The notes under the pieces are model-generated. The model made no database searches and had not been told where the DNA came from. It was given only the letters and a program-made list of their open reading frames with translations. From the sequence record PZ019084.1: DNA of 64,000 nucleotides. The stretch is one strand, 5' to 3'. Position 1 is the stretch's first letter. The number at the start of each line of letters is the position of its first letter. Positions 1-11,210 of the stretch are shown in pieces. Origin of the DNA: a phage. The translations under genes were made by a program, and so were the position numbers.

Positions 1-535
1 GAATATTGTCACGCTCTCCTCGCGCCATCCAATAAACAGGAACACTTAATATTTCACTCGCATGGTCGCAGTGGTGAGCAAGATCGTCAATATAACAAAT
101 CACGTTATATTTCTCTTTTGCCTTTTTAAATAACTCTTCTTTTGAAGAATCATGACCACACATCATTACTTCTGAGAAGGCACCAGGAAAAAGAGCATTC
201 AAATTAAATTGACGATTCAGCAGAGCGTCAATAGAATCACCCAATGCTGTAACAGCTACAAAATTATAATCTTCTTTTAATTTGTTAATTACACACAGGG
301 CATCTTTATATGGAGACAAGTAACGAATAAAATCTGATCGATTGTATTTTTCAATTAGCTTGACACCGAGTTCTTCATCGCAATTAAAGAGTTTACCTGG
401 AGAAATAAATTTCTCATCTTGGATCATTTTTAAAATATGTTCTAACGGAAGATTATATTTCTGAGCAAAATAAGGAAGGCCTGATTGCCAGCTTAAACAT
501 ACTCCATCAATATCAGTTAAAATAGTAGGCTTCAT
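1..535 (-). CDS. HAD-superfamily hydrolase-like protein; start codon at 535..533, C-terminus lies beyond the window start
   Basis: Hand translation from the ATG at 535..533 gives MKPTILTDIDGVCLSWQSGLPYF... with a DxDGV motif typical of HAD phosphatases. Frame is open to position 1. The ATG overlaps the stop of the upstream ORF (ATGA). Confidence 0.5.
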   Translation of the reverse strand, partial: MKPTILTDIDGVCLSWQSGLPYFAQKYNLPLEHILKMIQDEKFISPGKLFNCDEELGVKLIEKYNRSDFIRYLSPYKDALCVINKLKEDYNFVAVTALGDSIDALLNRQFNLNALFPGAFSEVMMCGHDSSKEELFKKAKEKYNVICYIDDLAHHCDHASEILSVPVYWMARGERDNI

Positions 536-996
536 AGAGAGTCTCTTAATAGATTTAACACATCAATAAATTCAGCTTCGGTTAGTATTGTATCATCTTT
601 TGTTAGACCACTAGCCATGCTGTGCTTCAAAACTTTTCCTTTCGAGGCTTGTAATGCATCGCGAAAGCCCTTGTTTTGGAACGCTGCTTCAAAATATGCA
701 TTTGTGTATAATTCTTTCCACGCCGGGGAATATCTTGAAAACGGAGTTCCAAGCCAGAAGAGGGTCCCACGGTCCTGAGCTCTAGCATAAGACCTTCCAG
801 CTTGTTGGGCGGCAAGCCCGGATAACCCAAATATACGACGTTGCTGTTCAACATTTTTCACCTTACATCCTTGGAGGAATCCTTCGAGACCTCCGAATTG
901 AATACCATCCATGACGAAAGGCCATTGGGCGAAATTACTTAATGCGCATGATGGCCATCTAAAATTGCTTCTTATCTCTAACTCAGACATTTTCAA
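532..996 (-). CDS. NADAR (YbiA/DUF1768-like) domain protein
   Basis: 154-aa ORF; the SNFAQWP..DG..E..Q..K block and C-terminal region align by eye with E. coli YbiA. Recognition from memory, no search run. Confidence 0.55.
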   Translation of the reverse strand: MKMSELEIRSNFRWPSCALSNFAQWPFVMDGIQFGGLEGFLQGCKVKNVEQQRRIFGLSGLAAQQAGRSYARAQDRGTLFWLGTPFSRYSPAWKELYTNAYFEAAFQNKGFRDALQASKGKVLKHSMASGLTKDDTILTEAEFIDVLNLLRDSL

Positions 997-1189
997 TACT
1001 TATAATTTCAACATCAGCCCAATGACCATAGCAAGGAAGACGAAATTCAACTGGCCAGTTAGGGTCCTTTTCTAATATAATAGACTGAACTTGTGGCTCT
1101 TCATATTCATCGGTATACGGACCTTTATACGTTACTTTATATGTGACCTTAATATACTGAATTCCAAAAATCTTATTAATTATATTCAT
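983..1189 (-). CDS. hypothetical early protein (30.x-region)
   Basis: 68-aa ORF in the tightly packed minus-strand early gene array with overlapping start/stop codons. Confidence 0.45.
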   Translation of the reverse strand: MNIINKIFGIQYIKVTYKVTYKGPYTDEYEEPQVQSIILEKDPNWPVEFRLPCYGHWADVEIISIENV

Positions 1190-1383
1190 ACTAATTCCTT
1201 TAATCCGTAAATAGGAGATAATTCATCGCCCATACGAAGGTCTTCATTTCCATCTACCCAGGAAACAATATAAGCCTCTTTTATTTGAATACCGCTCCAT
1301 TTAAATGGAGGTAGAACCTTAGAAATTAATCCAGGTATACCAACTCCCTTTAATTCAACAGTTTGACCTAAAAAGAATTTCAT
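1186..1383 (-). CDS. hypothetical early protein
   Basis: 65-aa ORF, stop/start overlap with neighbours. Confidence 0.45.
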   Translation of the reverse strand: MKFFLGQTVELKGVGIPGLISKVLPPFKWSGIQIKEAYIVSWVDGNEDLRMGDELSPIYGLKELV

Positions 1384-1670
1384 TAGAACCTCATCTGAAA
1401 ACCGTGCGATTTAACATTACCGCCGCCAATATCAGAAATGTTAATTTCACGCGCAATTGAAGGGTCAATGTCAATTTCACGATTGAGTTTAGTGATAGCT
1501 AAAGTATCGCGGCCATTTACAATACGGAACTCTAAAGGGCAGACTACATTAACATAGTTTTTAATCGATTCACTAGTAGGCTGCAAATGAGCAGGAAGGT
1601 CTTTAGGTGCCTTAGAGAAAACCACTTCACAGAAATTTTTGCGGGTATCAAAATAAGTAGTCATAAACAT
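1383..1670 (-). CDS. hypothetical early protein
   Basis: 95-aa ORF in the same early array. Confidence 0.5.
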   Translation of the reverse strand: MFMTTYFDTRKNFCEVVFSKAPKDLPAHLQPTSESIKNYVNVVCPLEFRIVNGRDTLAITKLNREIDIDPSIAREINISDIGGGNVKSHGFQMRF

Positions 1671-1711
1671 AGTATTTTCCTCAGTAAGGGGCCGAAGCCC
1701 CTCATTTTATT

Positions 1712-2077
1712 TTAAATATCAAATTCGTTAAGAACTACATCAAAGATTGCTTCAAGATGCTCAGGTTTAGCTCTGTTACTCAGAATATGACGAATCCAAG
1801 TTTTAACTAGAAGCTTACGATTAACGCCATTCCAGCAAGGATGAGTCCCTAAATCACGTTGACGGAAATCATCATCTAATGCGATTTTAAAAGAAGAACC
1901 TTCTTTCGTGATTGAAACCGTGATGCCATTTTCAAATCGCATATAAACGTAGTTAGGAGTCATATACTGTTCAATTTCGCATACTGATCCATTTTGATGT
2001 TTCCAAAGGCAGATAGTATCAATAGAACCTGCAATACCGTTAGAAACATATTTACGTTCAAAGTTGATGTAGTTCAT
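1712..2077 (-). CDS. hypothetical early protein
   Basis: 121-aa ORF; a GC hairpin (1690..1711) follows its stop. Confidence 0.5.
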   Translation of the reverse strand: MNYINFERKYVSNGIAGSIDTICLWKHQNGSVCEIEQYMTPNYVYMRFENGITVSITKEGSSFKIALDDDFRQRDLGTHPCWNGVNRKLLVKTWIRHILSNRAKPEHLEAIFDVVLNEFDI

Positions 2078-2147
2078 TTTTATTCTCCGAGATGTTTAAT
2101 TGCGGTACAGGTATATAATATCATATCCTGTACCAAAGTAAACTATT

Positions 2148-2516
2148 TTATGCAACTTTAATCCAATTATCTAAATTTAATTCACCTTTGGCTTTCATTT
2201 TTTCAATCAAGAGGTCAGCGGTAATACGACCATTTTGATACCACGTAACATCTTCAGAGTAACCAGTTTCTTTATCTTCATAAGTCTCACAGCGAATTTT
2301 ACCAAGAATCAAAGTTTTTAATTCGTATGTATCTCCAGTAAAAAAGTTAGTTAACATTATTTTCCAAGAGAAATCATCAGAAGGACCTTCAGGAGTCATA
2401 CAATCTACGAATTCAAATTGTTCTTTATATAAATGCCACTGAAGTTCTTTAGTTTCGATAGCTTTATAGCCGTCGTGATCTTTACCTTTGATGTATGAGT
2501 TAAGATTGATTTTCAT
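2148..2516 (-). CDS. hypothetical early protein
   Basis: 122-aa ORF preceded by an early promoter (2544..2573) and an AAGGAG Shine-Dalgarno. Confidence 0.55.
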   Translation of the reverse strand: MKINLNSYIKGKDHDGYKAIETKELQWHLYKEQFEFVDCMTPEGPSDDFSWKIMLTNFFTGDTYELKTLILGKIRCETYEDKETGYSEDVTWYQNGRITADLLIEKMKAKGELNLDNWIKVA

Positions 2517-2543
2517 TTTATTCTCCTTTGTTTGTGTAAGATA

Positions 2544-2573
2544 ATACTATCACAAAGGAACCATACTGTAAAC
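2544..2573 (-). promoter_or_regulatory. T4-type early promoter (-35 GTTTAC, 18-nt spacer, -10 TAGTAT)
   Basis: Minus strand reads GTTTAC..N18..TAGTAT immediately upstream of the 2516 start. Confidence 0.6.
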
Positions 2574-2593
2574 AACTTTGTGCAATCTTTGGA

Positions 2594-2625
2594 AAATAAA
2601 AAAAAAAGGACTCCCGAAGGAGTCC
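2594..2625 (-). terminator. rho-independent terminator (GGACUCC-CGAA-GGAGUCC hairpin plus U-run)
   Basis: Perfect 7-bp stem with CGAA loop followed on the minus strand by a run of about 10 U; located just after the stop of ORF 2631..2849. Confidence 0.7.
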
Positions 2626-2630
2626 TCAAC

Positions 2631-2849
2631 TTATGCTTTCTGCTTACCAAAACGAGAAGCATCATCTCGAAGAACCGCACGTGCTCGACGCATGATCTTC
2701 TCAACAGTTTGATTGATACGAGAGTTCGACCCACGCTTGTAGCCAGCGCGTTTAGAATCACCAACTTTCTTTTCAACTGCTTTCTTTGCTTTAACTTGTT
2801 TTGCCATTATAAATTCTCTTTTAAATGAAAATGCAGGACTTATTGGCAT
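2631..2849 (-). CDS. small lysine/arginine-rich basic protein (alternative start at 2807 gives 58 aa)
   Basis: 72-aa ORF, highly basic (MAKQVKAKKAVEKKVGDSKRAGYKRG...), terminator directly downstream. Confidence 0.5.
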   Translation of the reverse strand: MPISPAFSFKREFIMAKQVKAKKAVEKKVGDSKRAGYKRGSNSRINQTVEKIMRRARAVLRDDASRFGKQKA

Positions 2850-3203
2850 TGCCTGCGCAAGCCCTCAAGGGGAACATAGGTTTTGGATATTTAACGACAG
2901 GATAACCATAAACCCGTCATCATACCTTATAGCTCTTATCTGTTGCACACCGTTAGCTTAAAGGTTCCGGGTCCGATTTCTCGAGGATAAGATATATACT
3001 GATGGATATATAGGCCTTGAGGCGTACTCCCGATTGGCCATCACCTCGGGGTAGCATGCACTTGCCGCTATAAGAATAACATTCAAGAGGTACACCGTAA
3101 AACTGCCGGGGTCTTAAAACTATAATGATTCGCAAATCATTAATCAGACAGTTCGACGGCTCCTCGTTTTAACTTCACACTAAGGCAGTGACTCTCCAAT
3201 AAA

Positions 3204-3452
3204 TTACTTCAGTGTTACCACAAAGTGACGAACTGCTTTTCGTGCGGCAGAAGCCAAAGGCTTAGCATATTTAAGTTCATCTTTTTCCTGAAGCTCAGCA
3301 GCTAATGCAGTTTGAGCGGGATTCAGATGTTTGAAATAACGCAGGATTTCAAGAGCTTCGGCTTCAACATCAATAGATGCGCCATAGTTTTCGTGACCAT
3401 TATTCCATGCGTTTCGTTGCAGTTCAAGAGCGTGTTGTAATTGTTTAATCAT
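3204..3452 (-). CDS. rIII: rIII lysis-inhibition accessory protein
   Basis: 82 aa; sequence MIKQLQHALELQRNAWNNGHENYG... matches T4 rIII from memory, and sits next to gene 31 as in T4. Confidence 0.85.
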   Translation of the reverse strand: MIKQLQHALELQRNAWNNGHENYGASIDVEAEALEILRYFKHLNPAQTALAAELQEKDELKYAKPLASAARKAVRHFVVTLK

Positions 3453-3599
3453 TTAAAAATTCTCGTTAGAGATTAAAACTCGGTAGTCACGTTCTTCTGA
3501 ATTTCATCTTCTTTCGACAGATCTCTCAGTTGTAGACTACCACGTAGAATTGTTCGGTTAACTTATTATTCCGACACCCAATTCATATTATTATTTATA

Positions 3600-3935
3600 T
3601 CACTTATAAAGACACGGAATAGCTTTATAGTGACAGGTAACAAATTTTTGTTTAATTTCTTTTGGCTGCTTAAGACCCAGAGCTACAAAAGGATGCGGAA
3701 CGTTTCGAATTTGACCAACTGGAAGAGAAGTCAAATCACCAACTTCGCAGAAACCTTCAGGAACATCAGGACCAACAGAGTGAATTACACACAGTTCGGG
3801 AACTTCACCTTGAACACGTTTACCGATAATAAGTCCTGATTCTGTAACTTCTTCATCACCGGCTTGTGCAGGTTCAGAAACTAAAATAACATATTCACCG
3901 ACAGCACGAATTGGTAGCTGTTGTACTTCAGACAT
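3600..3935 (-). CDS. 31: gp31 co-chaperonin (GroES analogue for capsid folding)
   Basis: 111 aa, same length as T4 gp31; adjacent to rIII. Confidence 0.85.
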   Translation of the reverse strand: MSEVQQLPIRAVGEYVILVSEPAQAGDEEVTESGLIIGKRVQGEVPELCVIHSVGPDVPEGFCEVGDLTSLPVGQIRNVPHPFVALGLKQPKEIKQKFVTCHYKAIPCLYK

Positions 3936-3991
3936 CGTTTTTCCTTTTTGTTAACAGATGAGTTAATAATAACAAATAATTCTTAAAGCAT

Positions 3992-4300
3992 TTATTTACC
4001 AATAAATTGAAGCAAATGCTCAACTTTCATACCATTAACGGAAATCAATTTGTTAATAGAAAAACCTCGCCATGCACCAAGTTCAACATCAAATACTGGA
4101 ATCATATCAGTAGATTCTTTCCGAGTAGATTCAGTCAATTTACCGGTTTGCATGGTTGGCATAAAGTCAGCATCGCGAGTACCTTTCATAGTACGAATAG
4201 TACCATCAGACTTTTCAAAAACCACGTTTGAAATACCCATGGACAATTTAGTTTTCAAAATTTCACGAATTGCTACTTTTTGTTCAGTCGTCAGTTTCAT
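3992..4300 (-). CDS. hypothetical early protein (31.1-like position)
   Basis: 102-aa ORF between gene 31 and cd. Confidence 0.5.
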   Translation of the reverse strand: MKLTTEQKVAIREILKTKLSMGISNVVFEKSDGTIRTMKGTRDADFMPTMQTGKLTESTRKESTDMIPVFDVELGAWRGFSINKLISVNGMKVEHLLQFIGK

Positions 4301-4537
4301 TTATTTACCTATTACAGTTTTAATATGGGTTGTTCCACGTTCTTTAAGAGTGGAAAGCAATTTTTGGCATTTTTCTAAATCAGATTTCCAACTATATGGT
4401 CTATCAATACAAACCCATTCTGACTTATAATACTGTTTCCATTTAGAGAAAAAATATTTCTTATACTCTACAGCAAATGAAATATTCTCATTAGAATAAG
4501 AACTAATTGCTGTGAGTTGTACCAAACGAAATTTCAT
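4301..4537 (-). CDS. hypothetical early protein (31.2-like position)
   Basis: 78-aa ORF, start overlaps upstream stop. Confidence 0.45.
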   Translation of the reverse strand: MKFRLVQLTAISSYSNENISFAVEYKKYFFSKWKQYYKSEWVCIDRPYSWKSDLEKCQKLLSTLKERGTTHIKTVIGK

Positions 4538-5118
4538 TATTCACCACAGAATTCGTTGATATTTTCCCAGTTTAACTTATTCAAGTTTTTCTTAGGAACA
4601 TTAAACACTTCAATACCTGCATTTCGCAGAATATCATCCCAGCCAGGTTTATTCTTATCGTATGTTTCGCAATAAACCAGCTTTTTAATTCCAGATTGAG
4701 CTATGGCTTTTGCACAATCTGGGCAAGGAGAAAGTGTTACATACATAGTAGCACCTTCAATTGAAGAACCGTTTCGCGCAGCAAACAAAATTGCATTTAG
4801 CTCAGCATGAATTTCATTTTTAGACGACCATTCAGAGTGAGCGCCGCGATGTTCTTTCGCCAAAACAAAACGATCAGTTGAACCAAACGATACACATTCG
4901 GGCTTATGACCTTGAATGATAGTATGTTTAGGTTTATTCAACAACCAACCTTGCTCGGCAGCATAATCGCAGCAGTTCACACCACCTGCCGGAGAACCAT
5001 TATATCCGGTAGAAATAATACGTCCATTCTTTTCAATTACTGCTCCTACCTTCCAGGAGCAACATTTGGATTCTTGTGATACTAAATATGCAATTTGAAG
5101 TACTGTACTCGCTTTCAT
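4537..5118 (-). CDS. cd: dCMP deaminase
   Basis: 193 aa, same as T4 Cd; zinc-binding cytidine-deaminase motifs HAE...PCPDC present. Confidence 0.9.
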   Translation of the reverse strand: MKASTVLQIAYLVSQESKCCSWKVGAVIEKNGRIISTGYNGSPAGGVNCCDYAAEQGWLLNKPKHTIIQGHKPECVSFGSTDRFVLAKEHRGAHSEWSSKNEIHAELNAILFAARNGSSIEGATMYVTLSPCPDCAKAIAQSGIKKLVYCETYDKNKPGWDDILRNAGIEVFNVPKKNLNKLNWENINEFCGE

Positions 5119-5453
5119 TTCATAATCACCAGATAAGCAGATTTAGCAGTTTCAACACGATAAATTTCATGACGAAGTTTAGTTATACTTTTAATAACAG
5201 AACTAATTATATTCTGCCCATCTTTAAAGCGGTTTTTCTTATCAATAAAAATTGCACCAACCATCTTTTTGTGAAGCTCAACTGGATACTTCGTCACAAT
5301 AATAGCATCATACACAGAAGGATGAATACTATTCACTAGAGTGTCATTCATTAAAGTTATTCTAATGAACTGTGCTGTGTCAGAGTCAAGCGCTCTATGA
5401 TCGCCAGTATCATTTTCAAGACAATTATCAATTATATCAGTTAAATTCATCAT
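5115..5453 (-). CDS. hypothetical protein (cd.x region)
   Basis: 112-aa ORF with overlapping stop/start. Confidence 0.45.
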   Translation of the reverse strand: MMNLTDIIDNCLENDTGDHRALDSDTAQFIRITLMNDTLVNSIHPSVYDAIIVTKYPVELHKKMVGAIFIDKKNRFKDGQNIISSVIKSITKLRHEIYRVETAKSAYLVIMK

Positions 5454-5686
5454 AGTACGCCATACACCCTTTGTGCTTCAACTAATCCATCAAAATCCAA
5501 TTTGAGATGCGTTATTTGGTCACCATCACCTGGATTCACAATTACTAATACTGAACGAGGAGTTTCGGTAATAACGCGAACCGATGTTTCAGGAAATCGT
5601 TCAGAAACCTTATTTACCAATTCCTGAGCAAATAGTTTAACTTTTTCTTGGAATTCTTTAATAGTAATTGGTTTTTCACTTAGCAT
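5450..5686 (-). CDS. hypothetical protein (cd.x region)
   Basis: 78-aa ORF. Confidence 0.45.
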   Translation of the reverse strand: MLSEKPITIKEFQEKVKLFAQELVNKVSERFPETSVRVITETPRSVLVIVNPGDGDQITHLKLDFDGLVEAQRVYGVL

Positions 5687-6207
5687 GTTGATCCCAGCTC
5701 CTTACTTTCAACGTTTTTAACTAATTTGACAGAAACTAATTCGGCATCTTGGGTAATCATTACCGGGCCTTCTTTATACTCTTCAAGATATTCTAGAGCT
5801 TTCTTTTTAGCTTCTTCCTTCGTATCAGTTTGAGCATAGATATAAAACATGCAACCAGTAATACCTACTACTTTCCACTTAATTTCTTTATCAGTTTTAA
5901 TTTCAAATTTACTAACAGAATCATCTTTTTGAACTTCTTCGAAAAAAGAATATTCTAACATATAAGCAATTGAAAATAACGGGCTAACTTTATAGGATTC
6001 GCCCATTACATCAACAGCTTTATACCAACAGTCATCAATTTCGCGTTTAATGCTAATAACATTTTTCGCAGGATCTATTTTTACTTTAAATGAATTTTCC
6101 CCAATAAACTGGGCAATTCGTTTATTAGCCCCGCAAGTTTCATTAAAAATATCTTTATATCCAGCTTTAAAGCGATAAACCTTATCTTCTTCAAACCATT
6201 CGCTCAT
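5680..6207 (-). CDS. hypothetical protein (cd.x region)
   Basis: 175-aa ORF preceded by an early promoter at 6238..6267. Confidence 0.5.
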   Translation of the reverse strand: MSEWFEEDKVYRFKAGYKDIFNETCGANKRIAQFIGENSFKVKIDPAKNVISIKREIDDCWYKAVDVMGESYKVSPLFSIAYMLEYSFFEEVQKDDSVSKFEIKTDKEIKWKVVGITGCMFYIYAQTDTKEEAKKKALEYLEEYKEGPVMITQDAELVSVKLVKNVESKELGSTC

Positions 6208-6237
6208 TTCAATTTCCTCATTTGTTTTGGTAGAGCT

Positions 6238-6267
6238 ATAATATCACAACTCTACTGTAAAGTAAAC
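6238..6267 (-). promoter_or_regulatory. T4-type early promoter (GTTTAC-N18-TATTAT)
   Basis: Minus-strand GTTTAC and -10 hexamer with 18-nt spacer. Confidence 0.5.
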
Positions 6268-6269
6268 TA

Positions 6270-6545
6270 TTAAATTGCTTTGAATTCTGATGTCTGCGAT
6301 TCAAAACTAATATCGCCTTTGATAACTAACTCAGCATCAAGACCGAATACGACAATGATATGCGCGGAACCTGGATACAGCGTAATTGCAATAGAATCCA
6401 CCTGGTCTGGAAGCAAAGTGTTCAATACATGAGTAACTTGAGCATGAATTCGAAGCTCAGCTGCATTATCAAACTTTTCAAACATATTATTAGCGATAAT
6501 TTGGCTAAACACTACTTCTACGATTTTAGAGTAAGTCGGAAACAT
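6270..6545 (-). CDS. hypothetical protein
   Basis: 91-aa ORF. Confidence 0.45.
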   Translation of the reverse strand: MFPTYSKIVEVVFSQIIANNMFEKFDNAAELRIHAQVTHVLNTLLPDQVDSIAITLYPGSAHIIVVFGLDAELVIKGDISFESQTSEFKAI

Positions 6546-6547
6546 AT

Positions 6548-6748
6548 TTACCTCACATAATTTTCTTCAAGCCAATCAATAACATCCAACGCATTATCAA
6601 AAGTTGAACCATCTACTCTGTCTTCTGTTTCATAATCAAGAACATCTAAGCCTACTCTTCCATCAACAATAGGCCATAAACAAAATAGATATTTCTTTTC
6701 TTTTTCAATTTTATCACAAAGTTGATAAATCTTTTCTATGTTATTCAT
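6548..6748 (-). CDS. hypothetical protein
   Basis: 66-aa ORF. Confidence 0.4.
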   Translation of the reverse strand: MNNIEKIYQLCDKIEKEKKYLFCLWPIVDGRVGLDVLDYETEDRVDGSTFDNALDVIDWLEENYVR

Positions 6749-6937
6749 AAGTTTTCCATGGTAAAGGCAGTTTAGTTTTCTTTACTGTTAGTTCAACATC
6801 AGGATTCTTTTCTCTTAATTTAAGACATTCCTCCCAAGCTCTGTATTCACTAGTGAATACACAAAATTGCCCATTACTAGTACCAACTAAACCGCTATTT
6901 ACAATAACAATAGACCAAGTTTCATGATGCCACGCCA

Positions 6938-6938
<1 letters not shown>
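6741..6938 (-). CDS. hypothetical protein
   Basis: 65-aa ORF with Cys/Trp-rich sequence. Confidence 0.4.
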
Positions 6939-8163
<1,225 letters not shown>

Positions 8164-8166
8164 TTA

Positions 8167-8397
8167 TTATTTCTCAACTAATGATTGAATATAATCATGC
8201 AGGTCTTTAGATGCTTTACCCCACTTATTTTGGTATTCATTTTTAAGATTAGCCCGAGATTGAGCTAATAAAACATCATTAGTTGGAGGTAAAGATTCTA
8301 ATCGTTGAATCTGGCGTCCATAAATCATTGCAGCCATCTCGGATTCATAAATCAATCCTTTGAGATGTTCAAATTGATGCCATGAAATCATTTGCAT
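8167..8397 (-). CDS. hypothetical protein (pseT.2-like position)
   Basis: 76-aa ORF. Confidence 0.45.
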   Translation of the reverse strand: MQMISWHQFEHLKGLIYESEMAAMIYGRQIQRLESLPPTNDVLLAQSRANLKNEYQNKWGKASKDLHDYIQSLVEK

Positions 8398-8687
8398 TTA
8401 TCCTCTTTTAACTCTTGGCGATAATAACATATCATAGTTTTCTGATCATGTACATATCGTTTTACATCATTGAGCCAAATACGAAATTCCTGGGAATCTT
8501 CGAATGGCATACCGACCCAAGCTTTACCATCAATAACTTTAACTTGCCAGGATAGTTTAGCTTCATCGTATGACTTTATTTGTACTGGCCAATTAGGATG
8601 AACTGTTTCTTTCTTTACTTCTAGAGGCTTTGTCGAACAACCAACTAGAAGACCAATAGATAATATTACTGCTGATAGTCTAATCAT
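8388..8687 (-). CDS. predicted lipoprotein
   Basis: 99 aa; N-terminal signal peptide with lipobox LLVGC. Confidence 0.5.
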   Translation of the reverse strand: MIRLSAVILSIGLLVGCSTKPLEVKKETVHPNWPVQIKSYDEAKLSWQVKVIDGKAWVGMPFEDSQEFRIWLNDVKRYVHDQKTMICYYRQELKEDKCK

Positions 8688-9037
8688 TTAGAAAGGTCCT
8701 GGATGTCTTCTGCGAACTTGTTGAAGGAGTTGTTGATTTGTTTTTCAACCAATCCTGGCTTATGAGCCACCACATCCGCCTTCTTTGCGTCTTTGCGCAG
8801 TTTTTCATTTTCACGCTCAATAGCAGCAATTGCCTCACGATTTTTATTATTCATCGCATCAATATAATTATATTGAATTTTTAAATCATTTAATGCTAAA
8901 GCGTTTTCATTGGCCGTTTTTGTAATTTCTACAACAGACGTTTCTAATCTTTCAATTTTACTTTTTAAAATTAAAGAAGTTCCGCCCAATGCAATTACAA
9001 TTAATAGCAAGCCTGCTGTCGTATTACTTAATTGCAT
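8684..9037 (-). CDS. predicted membrane-anchored coiled-coil protein
   Basis: 117 aa; N-terminal hydrophobic segment then charged helical region. Confidence 0.45.
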   Translation of the reverse strand: MQLSNTTAGLLLIVIALGGTSLILKSKIERLETSVVEITKTANENALALNDLKIQYNYIDAMNNKNREAIAAIERENEKLRKDAKKADVVAHKPGLVEKQINNSFNKFAEDIQDLSK

Positions 9038-9534
9038 AAAGTTTTAATAACCTCTACAATATCGTCTTGAGAAAGACCGTTAATTAAAATATGATGTTCA
9101 GCCGGAGATTTAGAAATTTTAAAGCATGCCTCAACATCTTCTGCCATATCTGATGCGCTACGATTTGGATTACTAATTCCAAGACGATGTTTTCCCGTTA
9201 AAGGATTAACGATGATATAACATTTACAGTTGTTAATATGAACATTAGGTTGAGTCTGATTAATGAACACTTCGCAGTCGTATTTCGCAAGCTGATTTTC
9301 TAAAAAGACTTTCATCTCCTCAACCGCATCAGGAAGCATATCACGGGCTTGCTCAAGACGACGATTTCGATATTCTTTAATGGTCGTTTTCCGCTTTGCT
9401 TTCTTAGCTAAATCTTTCTTAAGATCAGTGATATATCCAACTCGACGATTTCCTTTAAATACAGAAATCCCATCTGTAGTATCACCGTATGCTTCAACGA
9501 CCATCTCAGTAGTAATAAGCTGCAAATCCATCAT
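9028..9534 (-). CDS. alc: Alc-like protein (host transcription shutoff on cytosine DNA)
   Basis: 168 aa versus 167 in T4, in the T4 alc position between pseT and rnlA. Confidence 0.65.
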   Translation of the reverse strand: MMDLQLITTEMVVEAYGDTTDGISVFKGNRRVGYITDLKKDLAKKAKRKTTIKEYRNRRLEQARDMLPDAVEEMKVFLENQLAKYDCEVFINQTQPNVHINNCKCYIIVNPLTGKHRLGISNPNRSASDMAEDVEACFKISKSPAEHHILINGLSQDDIVEVIKTLCN

Positions 9535-9562
9535 AAAGTCCTCATGTTATGTCAGTAAGATT

Positions 9563-9592
9563 ACTATAACACAACACGAGGGACTTGTAAAC
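9563..9592 (-). promoter_or_regulatory. T4-type early promoter (GTTTAC-N18-TATAGT)
   Basis: Minus-strand GTTTAC and -10 upstream of alc. Confidence 0.55.
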
Positions 9593-9595
9593 AGC

Positions 9596-11183
<1,588 letters not shown>

Positions 11184-11210
11184 AATAAAATGGGCCTTGC
11201 GGCCCACTCC

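Noticed and set aside
1690-1711. GC hairpin (GGGGCCGAAGCCCC) as a minus-strand terminator
   Set aside because: On the minus strand it is not followed by a U-run (the T-run is on the plus strand, where no gene ends), so it is more likely an intercistronic RNA stability hairpin than a terminator.
2513-2776. 87-aa minus-strand ORF from the six-frame track
   Set aside because: It spans the early promoter (2544..2573) and the terminator hairpin plus U-run (2594..2625), and overlaps the better-supported basic-protein ORF 2631..2849; its product is hairpin/poly-U-derived low-complexity sequence.
2953-3135. 60-aa ORF inside the GC-rich island
   Set aside because: No Shine-Dalgarno, odd composition, and it lies in a region that looks structural rather than coding; treated as non-coding.
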